Source: Archaeoglobus fulgidus DSM 4304 (lineage in GTDB: Archaea; Halobacteriota; Archaeoglobi; Archaeoglobales; Archaeoglobaceae). Taken from it: a DNA stretch of 32,000 nt. The notes beneath the pieces were generated by a model. The model was given only the letters and a program-made list of their open reading frames with translations, was not told where the DNA came from and did not search any database. A program made the translations under genes and the position numbers. Shown one piece after another: positions 1-7,591 of this stretch (positions are counted from its first letter, which is position 1; the number at the start of each line of letters is the position of its first letter). The DNA lies in NCBI RefSeq assembly GCF_000008665.1, contig NC_000917.1, positions 1,530,001 through 1,562,000 of the forward strand, read 5' to 3'.

Positions 1-2115
1 AGCTCTGGCAGAAATAACGAGAACGGCTCTATCAATCGTATCCCTGTCGTAGCTCAGCTCAAAATCGAAAAATCTGAAGGCTTCATCCAATTTTTTCCTT
101 AACTCCTCCTTAAGCTCCTCTAATTCGTACGCTGCCCCCCTGATGTCCTCCTCCTCATACATCTCGAAGGCCTTCTTCAGAAACTTGAAGACTCCAACGT
201 AATCAACAACCAGCCCAGCTCCCTTGAGGTTCTCCCCATCCTTAACAAAAGGCCTGTTGGTTCTCGCTATCGCCTGCAGCAATCTGTGCTCCTTTAATGG
301 CTTGTCGAGGTAGAGGGTTTGCAGGATTGGAGCATCAAAGCCAGTGAGGAGCATATCCGTTACAATGAGTATTTTGGGATTCTCGTACTTTTTGAACCTC
401 GTTATAATTTCCTCGTGAATCTCTTTTAGCTCGCTTTTGCCGTATTTTTTCCTCAACTTTTCCAGATAGTCCAGCAGTTCCTTTGAATCGTTCTGCTGGA
501 AGGTCATCACGATTTCGGTTTCGTTTTCATTCAGGAATTTGTCCAAAGCCTGCTTGTAGTAAAGGCACGCGTTTCTGCTGACGGCAACAACCATCGCCTT
601 GAATGGTTTAACGAATTGGATGTAGTGGCTCGCTATATCCCTCGCTATCCTCTCAATCCTCTTCTTGTCCTCCAGAATAACTTTAACCTTGTTCAGCCTC
701 CTCTTCAGGTCCTGCTCCACCTTCTCTCTATACTCCTCAGGAATCTCCTCAAGCTTTGAGGAGAGGAAGATTTCCAGATTTTCCCTATCAAGGTGGACCT
801 CATCGAGCCTCGACTGGAAGGCAATCTTAACGGTATAGCCATCATCTATGGAGTCGAGGATGAAGTAGCGGTCGAGGTATGGCTCGTCTGGATAGCCAAA
901 GGCAAGGTAGGTATCTCTCCCCTTCTTTGCTATCGGCGTTCCGGTGAAGGCGAAGAAGCTTGCATTCTTCAGTATGCTCCTCATGCTTGCCGCAAGTTCC
1001 CCATATTGCGTGCGATGCCCCTCATCGATCAAGCAAACTACATCTCTCCTCTTCGCTATGCTCCAGTGCTGCTTCTCCATCTGCTCCCTCAGCTTCGCAA
1101 GCTCCTCCTCCCTGAACTTGTGTATGAGGGTTATGAAGAATCCCCGCTTGCCATCAGCATGGCTTAGAACCTCCTTGAGATGGTCAATACTCTCTATCAA
1201 CTCATAGCTTATTTTGAGGTTTTTCAGCTCATCTGAAAGCTGCTTCTGCAGCTCAACTCTATCAACTACGAAGAAGATTGAGGGATTTCCGATGAGGTCC
1301 CTTATCTTGAGGGCTGAGAAAATCATGGTCAGCGTTTTGCCCGTTCCCTGCCAGTGCCAGATTAGGCCTTTGTTCCTCTCCTCAAAGCCCTTAGCCCAGC
1401 CAACTGCCCTCTCAACGATGGAGTTAACTGCTCTGTACTGCATGTATCTCGGCAGAACCTTTGTTATCTCCCCATCCTGCTCTCTGTAAATGGTGAAGTA
1501 GCGGATGAGGTCCAAGAAAATCTCAGGCTTCAGGATGTCGAACTGAGGTTTCCACTCGTAAACCGGAACGCTCTCCTCCCACCTCACGATGGGAAAGTAA
1601 ACGAGCCTGTCAGCGAAGCTGAAACCAATCTGAACATACTTGAAAAGCTCTGGGGCTGATTGCTCATACCTCTTTATCTGAGCATAGCCTTCCTTCCAGC
1701 TTTTGGCCATCTTCTTGCACTCAATGATGGCGAGGGGGATGCCGTTAACAAAGAGGGTGATGTCCGGGATGATGTCGGCGAAGCTAACCTGCCTTGAGAA
1801 GACGAGGCTGTTGGCTTCAGGGTTTGCGTAATCTATCAGCTTTATGGTCTTAAGGATGCCTTCTGAATCCTTTATTGTTACTCCCTTCTTTATCGCATCC
1901 AGAATTTGCATTGAGCCCTCAACGTCAAAGGAGCGGGTTTCGAGGTAGTTCAAAACCTCCTTGATATCCTCATCATCCACATCGTTCAGCCTTTTTAATG
2001 CAGCCTTAAATTCGGTTAAGTCGAGAATGTCAGGGCTGAGTTTCCTCTCCTCCCAGCCGAAGGATTTGAGAATCTCCGAAAGGTAGTCTTCGGATTGCTC
2101 TTTCTCTTTCTTCAC
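1..2115 (-). CDS. hsdR: Type I restriction enzyme R subunit (HsdR); C-terminal end cut by the window edge
   Basis: The minus-strand frame is open from GTG at 2115 to position 1 (705 codons). It is absent from the ORF track because the window truncates it. My translation contains a PD-(D/E)xK nuclease motif (FADIIPDITLFVNGIPLAIIECKK, about 1715-1790). It also has helicase motif I (WHWQGTGKTLTM, about 1320-1385), motif II (CLIDEGHRTQYG, about 1000-1035), motif III (FAFTGTPI) and motif VI (QAIARTNRPF, about 255-290). Confidence 0.9.
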   Translation of the reverse strand, partial: MKKEKEQSEDYLSEILKSFGWEERKLSPDILDLTEFKAALKRLNDVDDEDIKEVLNYLETRSFDVEGSMQILDAIKKGVTIKDSEGILKTIKLIDYANPEANSLVFSRQVSFADIIPDITLFVNGIPLAIIECKKMAKSWKEGYAQIKRYEQSAPELFKYVQIGFSFADRLVYFPIVRWEESVPVYEWKPQFDILKPEIFLDLIRYFTIYREQDGEITKVLPRYMQYRAVNSIVERAVGWAKGFEERNKGLIWHWQGTGKTLTMIFSALKIRDLIGNPSIFFVVDRVELQKQLSDELKNLKISYELIESIDHLKEVLSHADGKRGFFITLIHKFREEELAKLREQMEKQHWSIAKRRDVVCLIDEGHRTQYGELAASMRSILKNASFFAFTGTPIAKKGRDTYLAFGYPDEPYLDRYFILDSIDDGYTVKIAFQSRLDEVHLDRENLEIFLSSKLEEIPEEYREKVEQDLKRRLNKVKVILEDKKRIERIARDIASHYIQFVKPFKAMVVAVSRNACLYYKQALDKFLNENETEIVMTFQQNDSKELLDYLEKLRKKYGKSELKEIHEEIITRFKKYENPKILIVTDMLLTGFDAPILQTLYLDKPLKEHRLLQAIARTNRPFVKDGENLKGAGLVVDYVGVFKFLKKAFEMYEEEDIRGAAYELEELKEELRKKLDEAFRFFDFELSYDRDTIDRAVLVISARA

Positions 2116-2236
2116 CGAAATTAGTTTAATTTGGAGGGATAAAATTGTTTCGAAAGGTCAGAGAATTTTGCTGATAGCTTTGTAAATGTCCCACACCTCT
2201 ATTATACCAGCCTTCTTGATGAGGTCAAAGAGTAAG

Positions 2237-3151
2237 TTATATTTCATATACCAATAAATTCGCTACTTCATCCAATAACTTAACGATTTCATTAAAATAC
2301 TGAACTATTCCTAAATTTTCATCATATTTTTCAGGTGGCAATGTTTTGTTTGGATATCTGGCGAATGTGGCATGAGGATAGGTTATTATAGATAGCATAT
2401 AAAGCACAAGAAAGGTCGAACTCAGTTTTAATAACGTCTCCAGATTATTTAGGACTCTATCAACACTATCAATTAATTTTTCCAGAATAAATTTCTCGGA
2501 TGGATCCGAACTCTTTATTTCGCTTGCTTCATTCTTTAATTTGGAGAGTAACCCCAATATCTGGTTTTTAATTTCTTTATTCTCCAAGGCAATTTTTATT
2601 TTAATTGTGGCATTTATAATTCCTTTTATCTGATTTGAATCCATTTCTGCGATCTGTTTTCTACTCATATTTACAATTCTCACCAATTTGCGTATATCTT
2701 CATCTGAAATTTTTAGAAATTGTGTATCCAATCCGCCAATTTTTTGAATACTTTTTAAAAACAATTCTAATGATCTTTTGTACCTATCGAGAAGTCTAAT
2801 AAACGCTTTTGGCGAATCGTGCCCAACATAACCTTTCATCTCTTTTTTGCTCAATCCAAAAAACGCTAAAACATAAGCTTTAACATATTTCTCCACAGCT
2901 TGTTGTAAGTGGTACACAGCTAAAGAGTAAATTTTGGATTGATACAAAATCTTAACGGATTCAAAATCCTGTAGTGCCATTTTAACGAAGCTTTTTGCTT
3001 CAGATGATCTTCTCTCTTGCTCTTTCTTATCAATTTCATAAAATTTTGAAAATTCTGAAACAGCTTTAAGAAATTCTATTGAGTCCTTTTCGGATGATAA
3101 AATGGAAAATAAGCGTTCTATAATTTCCTCCGTGTTTCCTTTTTTATTCAT
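2237..3151 (-). CDS. HEPN-like domain protein with a roughly 140-aa helical insert, embedded between hsdS and hsdR
   Basis: 304-aa ORF. The N-terminal part ([37 protein letters not shown]...GHDSPKAF) resembles the HEPN helix 1-3 signature (..A.fH.QQAaEKalKA...tHdL). The C-terminus ([19 protein letters not shown]) resembles the HEPN closing ..aRYP....y.. element. Its start overlaps the hsdS stop by 8 nt. GC is far lower than the flanks: 16 of 60 in 2281-2340 and 15 of 60 in 2581-2640, against 26 of 60 in hsdR 1981-2040 and 32 of 60 in ilvB 10981-11040. Confidence 0.55.
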   Translation of the reverse strand: MNKKGNTEEIIERLFSILSSEKDSIEFLKAVSEFSKFYEIDKKEQERRSSEAKSFVKMALQDFESVKILYQSKIYSLAVYHLQQAVEKYVKAYVLAFFGLSKKEMKGYVGHDSPKAFIRLLDRYKRSLELFLKSIQKIGGLDTQFLKISDEDIRKLVRIVNMSRKQIAEMDSNQIKGIINATIKIKIALENKEIKNQILGLLSKLKNEASEIKSSDPSEKFILEKLIDSVDRVLNNLETLLKLSSTFLVLYMLSIITYPHATFARYPNKTLPPEKYDENLGIVQYFNEIVKLLDEVANLLVYEI

Positions 3152-4418
3152 TTGCTTTCACCCTAACCCTCCTCCTTCCAGTCAGCAAATCGTTCATCAA
3201 ACCCTTCTTAATCCTCTCAAGCTTTTCCTTTCGTTTCCTTTCGAGTTCGAGCTTTTTGTCCACTGTTGAAAGAATTTCAGCGATTTTTTGCTGTTCTGGG
3301 AGAGGTGGGAGTGGGATTTTAAACTTTTTCAAGTTTGTTGCATTGATATTTGCTTGATGAACTGCAACAGTTGCCAATTGCTTAAGCCTACTCTGTGAAA
3401 ATATAAGGTAGAACGTTAGGAAATGAGGATGCAAAATTTCATGCTTAGGCCTCAATCTAATCAGATAAGAAGCAAAAACATAATAACCATCCAATAAAAA
3501 TATACCTGTCCTCCCAACAAGTTCTAAACTATTTGTGCGGTTGAATAAAACATCTCCTTTTTCTAATTTGAAATTCTTGAACGTTTCTTCATCAAGATCT
3601 GCATACTTGGCAATATCTGTAACAACATACCCATTTACAATTTCATCCATTCTAATAACTGGATATTTACCCTTATCCTTCAGCGGAACTGATAACCCAT
3701 ACTGGCACAATTCCAAAACATCCCCAAGCCTAACAACCTCCCACTCCTTCGGAATCCTCCCGATTTCGGTATCTTTAAACTCCTTGTGCCCTATCCCTTT
3801 GGTGAGAAGCTCCTGCATCAGGCCCTTCTTCAGCCTTTCAGTCTTCGCTATGGCTTCGTCAACCTTTTCTATGGCTTTATCAACCGTGCTGAGAATTTCG
3901 GCGATTTTTTGCTGTTCTGGGAGCGGAAGTAGTGGAATTAGTAATTCCTCAAGAGACTTTTTCGGCAATTCTTTAAAGGTGCTTCCACCACTTAATTGTT
4001 CGAGTTTCCGTTTAATCAATAGCAAGTAATAGCAATAAAACTCTGTGTTAATTTCTGAAGATTTTGGAATTAAACCTTTGCAGCCTTGGTTAAATGTAGT
4101 GTCCTCATCTACGATAGCAACATAACCGACTGGCGCACGGGTTGAGACAATAATCGAGCCTTTAGGCAATAATGTAAGGTTGTAATCTCTTAATGCTTTC
4201 TCAGTTATTTTTCTTTCTGAAACGGAAATATGTGTTCTCCCATTTAGTTTACTTAAATCAGTTGGAGTTAGCCAATTAATTGTTCCGTTTTCCCAATATT
4301 CTTCTTTTTTTGTAGATGGTGTCGTTCCCGTTTCAACATTGAAAATGTCCCCAAGCCTAACAACCTCCCAATCCTCAGGAATCCTCCCGATTGGTGTTTC
4401 CTTGTATCTGGATGCTAT
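3144..4418 (-). CDS. hsdS: Type I R-M specificity subunit HsdS with two target-recognition domains; the homology-supported 5' end lacks a canonical start codon
   Basis: The track ORF 3144-4169 starts at an internal TTG in the middle of TRD1. The same frame stays open upstream to 4463 and encodes [55 protein letters not shown], a typical HsdS N-terminus. It parallels the TRD2 start ([20 protein letters not shown]). The conserved coiled-coil spacer LP(L/P)[16 protein letters not shown] occurs twice. No ATG, GTG or TTG occurs between 4463 and 4170. An in-frame ATA at 4416-4418 lies 7 nt downstream of GGAGG. Confidence 0.85.
   Translation of the reverse strand: MASRYKETPIGRIPEDWEVVRLGDIFNVETGTTPSTKKEEYWENGTINWLTPTDLSKLNGRTHISVSERKITEKALRDYNLTLLPKGSIIVSTRAPVGYVAIVDEDTTFNQGCKGLIPKSSEINTEFYCYYLLLIKRKLEQLSGGSTFKELPKKSLEELLIPLLPLPEQQKIAEILSTVDKAIEKVDEAIAKTERLKKGLMQELLTKGIGHKEFKDTEIGRIPKEWEVVRLGDVLELCQYGLSVPLKDKGKYPVIRMDEIVNGYVVTDIAKYADLDEETFKNFKLEKGDVLFNRTNSLELVGRTGIFLLDGYYVFASYLIRLRPKHEILHPHFLTFYLIFSQSRLKQLATVAVHQANINATNLKKFKIPLPPLPEQQKIAEILSTVDKKLELERKRKEKLERIKKGLMNDLLTGRRRVRVKANE
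3272..3302. repeat. 31-nt direct repeat inside hsdS (partner copy at 3893-3923, 30 of 31 identical)
   Basis: gaatttcagcgattttttgctgttctgggag at 3272-3302 against gaatttcggcgattttttgctgttctgggag at 3893-3923. Both encode PEQQKIAEI of the central and C-terminal conserved HsdS regions. Confidence 0.9.
3720..3764. repeat. 45-nt direct repeat inside hsdS (partner copy at 4348-4392, 42 of 45 identical)
   Basis: tccccaagcctaacaacctccca...ggaatcctcccgatt is present at both sites. Both encode the IGRIP(K/E)(E/D)WEVVRLGD segment that opens each TRD. Confidence 0.9.
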
Positions 4419-4420
4419 GT

Positions 4421-4864
4421 TTACCCCTCCCCTTTCAGCTTTCCAATCGCCTCTAAGGCTTTTTCAAGTTCATCGAGCAAACAGTATGCCTCAATCCCAT
4501 ATTTCTTGCCATTCCTTACCATTAATCTATCTGATGATATCAGGATGGAGTTCGTTAATCTGGCGGTGGCTATGAAATATGAGTCCGCAGCCCTTGGATG
4601 AACTTTTTCAGCGACATTTAAAGCCTCATCAAACACGAAATCCTCTGAAAGAATCTCGAAATCATATGTAAGTTCCTCAATATCCTTTCTCGAAATCTCA
4701 ATCCCAAGCCTTTTAGCTACTGAAATCAGCTCAATAACGAAGATTTTCGGAACAAATACAGTCAATCCCTCAATGGAATTCAAAAACTTCCTCGCTTTTT
4801 CATTTCTATTCTCATCCCTATCAAAAAGATAATCGACAAAAATCGATGTATCAATAACGATCAT
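4421..4864 (-). CDS. vapC: PIN-domain toxin (VapC family)
   Basis: 147 aa. [13 protein letters not shown] supplies the first acidic residue. Further conserved acidic positions lie in [19 protein letters not shown] and ILISSD, which is typical PIN spacing. Its start overlaps the upstream antitoxin gene by 14 nt. Confidence 0.8.
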
Positions 4865-5066
4865 CCCTGATCTCCTCTAATTCTCGATGAGCTCCCTCAA
4901 CTCTCTCAATTCTCTTCTCAAGCTCCCTGAGTTTTGCGTAAAATCTTCCTGTCACCTTTTTTGTTTCCCTTATCTCCACCTTAACAATCTCCCCCTCTCT
5001 AAGGCTAACTTTCCTGAGGGGCTTAAGAACTCCCTTCTGGTAAACAGCCTCGATAATCTCTCCCAT
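4851..5066 (-). CDS. DUF104/AF2212-like antitoxin partner of the PIN toxin (VapB-like)
   Basis: [32 protein letters not shown] matches the family signature (..IEAvYenGVlKPL.kvdL.EG..V.v.i). I prefer the ATG at 5066 over the track GTG at 5075 because that GTG lies inside an AGGTG Shine-Dalgarno just upstream of the ATG. Confidence 0.7.
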
Positions 5067-5100
5067 TTGAAACACCTTTTCTTCGTATTCTAATATCTTA

Positions 5101-5187
5101 AAACCAATAAAAACTTAACTTTTCCTCACTCAAAAACTCCTTAATCGATTTTGCGACTTTTGGGTGAACTATAATTTCATAACTCAT
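5101..5187 (-). pseudogene. Truncated RelE/ParE-like toxin stub (28 codons)
   Basis: Its ATG overlaps the stop of the upstream relB-like ORF in an ATGA junction (5184-5187). My translation is [29 protein letters not shown]. This follows the usual RelE/ParE N-terminal pattern (M.Y.I/V.I/V..ka.K.l..l) but stops after 28 codons, where about 85-95 would be expected. It is below the ORF-track size cutoff. Confidence 0.4.
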
Positions 5188-5405
5188 AGGCCGAGTTCAG
5201 CTTTAAGCTTCTCCCATGGAATTCCGTTCTTTTTCGTCTCTTCAACAAGCCTGTCAAGCTCCTTGGCCTCTTCCTCGCTGATTTCCTCTTCCTGTATCAT
5301 TCCAGCCTCAAGAAGTTCGATTTTACTGCTTAACTTCTTCAACTCCTCTCTTATGATTTTCAACTCATCATAAATTGCCTTTAAAAGCTCAGTATCACCA
5401 CTCAT
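5184..5405 (-). CDS. RelB-like / addiction-module antitoxin-like small protein
   Basis: 73 aa. An N-terminal coiled coil (LLKAIYDELKIIREELKKLSSKIELLEA) is followed by an acidic ISEEEAKELDRLVEE segment and a C-terminal IPWEKLKAELGL. This layout recalls archaeal RelB and 'putative addiction module component' antitoxins. It is translationally coupled to the relE-like stub. Confidence 0.45.
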   Translation of the reverse strand: MSGDTELLKAIYDELKIIREELKKLSSKIELLEAGMIQEEEISEEEAKELDRLVEETKKNGIPWEKLKAELGL

Positions 5406-5465
5406 TGAATTTTAATAAGCACGAGAAAATTTAAAGGTTTGCTGGAGTGGTCAGAAGCAGATTTA

Positions 5466-5648
5466 TCAAACTAAATCCCTTTTTAGCTCCATCCACGACT
5501 TATCTGTCTTAATCACTCCCTTTAGCTCATTCATCAGTTCAAAGAACCTGTCCCTCTCATTGAAGAATTTGGCAGTTTCCTCAACTGCTTTTCTAAACGC
5601 CTTTTCGGCGTTATCTGGAACGGATACTTTAATCGTAACCTCCCCCAT
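5466..5648 (-). CDS. Small hypothetical protein (60 aa), possibly an orphan antitoxin-like protein
   Basis: The ORF reads MGEVTIKVSVPDNAEKAFRKAVEETAKFFNERDRFFELMNELKGVIKTDKSWMELKRDLV. It has a short N-terminal beta-strand-like segment followed by helices, and a C-terminal SWMELKRDL similar to the neighbour's PWEKLKAEL. No family is recognised with confidence. Confidence 0.35.
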   Translation of the reverse strand: MGEVTIKVSVPDNAEKAFRKAVEETAKFFNERDRFFELMNELKGVIKTDKSWMELKRDLV

Positions 5649-5691
5649 GTATTTGGGTTGGTTTGAGATGTTAAATAACTTACTCCTATTT

Positions 5692-5728
5692 TCATAGCTC
5701 CCAATCTTCAGGCAGATTGATCGAGCAT
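5692..5728 (-). pseudogene. Relic of an hsdS 5' end immediately downstream of the hsdM stop
   Basis: An ATG at 5728 lies 1 nt after the hsdM TAA (5730-5732) and reads MLDQSA*. One frame over, the same stretch reads SINLPEDWEL* (stop 5692-5694). LPEDWE is the HsdS N-terminal signature also seen at 4365-4382 (IPEDWEV). Confidence 0.4.
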
Positions 5729-5729
5729 A

Positions 5730-7255
5730 TTATCCTCGCCCAAACCCCAACTCAGCAAGATACTCCTCTATCCTCCTCTCCACCTCATCAATCTCCCTCT
5801 CAATCCCCCTGAGCTCCTCCCACTCCTTGGCAACATCAATCTCCTCAACTTCCTCCTGCGGGAAGACATAAAGCGTAACGTTCAGGTTGTAGTCGTTCTT
5901 TCTCACTTCCTCGACATCAACAACCCTGCAGAATCCATCTCCATCCTTGAACTCCCTGTAAGCGCTGACTATCTTCTCAATATGCTTCTCTCCAAGCCTG
6001 TTCAGCTTCCTAACCTCAGGATGCTTCTCGTATTCGTTGCTTGCGTTAATAAACAGAATCTTTCCCTTCCTGCTCTCTGGCTTCTGCTTGTTGAAGATTA
6101 TAATCGCTCCCGGAGCTCCCGTGTTGTAGAAGAGCTTTTCAGGGAGCAGAATTACGCACTCGATTAAATCATCCTCAACCACAGCTTTCCTTATCGCCCC
6201 CTCCTTTCCTCCTCTGAAAAGGCACCCGTTATCGATTACAACACCAACCTTCTTTTTTGCCGATGCAAGCATGTGCTGAATCCACGCCCAGTCGGCTGAT
6301 TGCTTTGGAGTAAAGCCGTACCTGAACCTCTCATCGTAGAACTCAGCCTTTTTCAGCTCCTCCTCGCCATACCCATCCTGATTCCATGGTGGATTTGCAA
6401 TAACTATATCGAATTTTCTGAACGTCTCTCCTTCCTTAAACCTCGGATTTTTCAGCGTGTCGCCAACAACGAGGTTTATGTCCTTTATTCCGTGAACGAT
6501 GGCGTTCATCTTGGCTATGGCGTAGGTTGTTGGATTAACCTCCTGCCCGTAAAGGAATAGCTTCCTCACCTCCTCCTCGCCGTATTTCTCCTTAACGTAA
6601 TCGTAGGCCCTTATCAGCATCCTCGCATAGCCAGCAGCGGGATCATAAACGCTATCCATCGGCTTTGGATCAACAATTCTGACGATGAGCTCAACAACCT
6701 CCGAAGGGGTGAAAACCTCCCCCTCTTTGGCCTTCTGTGGGGCGAAGTAGCCGATAAGCCACTCGTAAGCGTCACCAAGAATGCTATCACTCGCCCTTCC
6801 CAGATTCAGTCCGCTGAAAAGCTCAAAAAGCTGGACGAGAATGTCGAAGTTGTCCCTTGCCTCGTGAACTCAAGAAAGTCCAGCCTGTCCACAACTCCTT
6901 GCAACTCAGGATTTTTCTCGGCGAGCAGCTTTAAAGCCTCAGAAAGCCTTACAGGCAGCTCATTAACGTTCTTCCTCAGCTCCTCCCAAGTGTATTTTTC
7001 AGGATAGTCAAATTTGTGGAAGGATCTGTCCTTTGCGAGGATTTTTGCCTCCTCCTCATCAACTCCTTTCTCCATTAAGGTTTTGAGAGCCTCCCTGTAC
7101 TCTCGCTTCCACTCATCGCTCAGCTTTTTAAGGAAGAGAAGGACGAGAATGTACTTGTAATCAACCCTCGTCCTAATCAGATCAGCAGCCTGCTTGCAGG
7201 CCCTTATTAGCTCGTCTTTCGTTGTTTCAATTTCGACGTAATCGGCAAGGGTCAT
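5730..7255 (-). pseudogene. hsdM: Type I R-M N6-adenine methyltransferase subunit HsdM, interrupted by a 1-nt frameshift
   Basis: Two track ORFs belong together. ORF 6806-7255 is the HsdM_N-like part (DLIRTRVDYKYILVLLFLKKLSDEW). ORF 5730-6659 is the catalytic part (YDPAAGYARML, IVIANPPWNQ). The stretch 6660-6853 in the downstream frame encodes DNFDILVQLFELFSGLNLGRASDSILGDAYEWLIGYFAPQKAKEGEVFTPSEVVELIVRIVDPKP, which is continuous HsdM sequence. The total span of 1526 nt is not divisible by 3. Confidence 0.85.
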
Positions 7256-7495
7256 TGTTTGCGGTGGGTTTAGGCAAATATTATCTTTTCCTTTTGCGAA
7301 ATTAAAGCTAAAAAATGTGAACTCTGCTTAAAACAGTTGAAGGGAAACAATATTTGACAAGATTTTGAACGATATGCCCGTAGCTGCCAAAGGTGAACGT
7401 TCCAATGCACTTTTTTGAGTTGGAATCTGAACACTGCTCCTCCACACAATTGAAATTATTCATAGCCAGCAGAATTTAGCATTTCAAAACAAAAA

Positions 7496-7568
7496 TGGGC
7501 TCGGCCGGATTCGAACCGGCGATCTCCGCCTTGTAAGGGCGACGTCATAACCGCTAGACCACGAGCCC
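7496..7568 (-). tRNA. tRNA-Val (anticodon UAC), no encoded CCA
   Basis: The reverse complement is GGGCTCGTGGTCTAGCGGTTATGACGTCGCCCTTACAAGGCGGAGATCGCCGGTTCGAATCCGGCCGAGCCCA. It folds by hand into a cloverleaf. The 7-bp acceptor stem pairs GGGCTCG with CGAGCCC. The anticodon stem pairs TCGCC with GGCGG, the loop is CT-TAC-AA, and the T arm is GCCGG-TTCGAAT-CCGGC. Confidence 0.92.
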
Positions 7569-7591
7569 TTGGAGTGGTTCTGACGAATTTG

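Noticed and set aside
793-1489. Three plus-strand track ORFs (793-1167, 944-1207, 1214-1489).
   Set aside because: They are antisense to the motif-rich hsdR frame, their sequences are low-complexity and Leu/Ser/Cys-rich, and no motifs are present. They are shadow ORFs.
2158-2247. 29-codon minus-strand ORF ([29 protein letters not shown]) in the HEPN-hsdR gap. It is in the same frame as hsdR and separated from it by one TGA. It might be a remnant of a displaced gene or an hsdR leader.
   Set aside because: It is too short, carries no recognisable motif and overlaps the HEPN 3' end. I cannot distinguish it from chance without comparative data.
3272-3923. Repeated 31-nt sequence that could superficially suggest a CRISPR-like repeat.
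   Set aside because: There are only two copies, both inside the hsdS coding frame and both encoding the same conserved peptide. No array structure is present.
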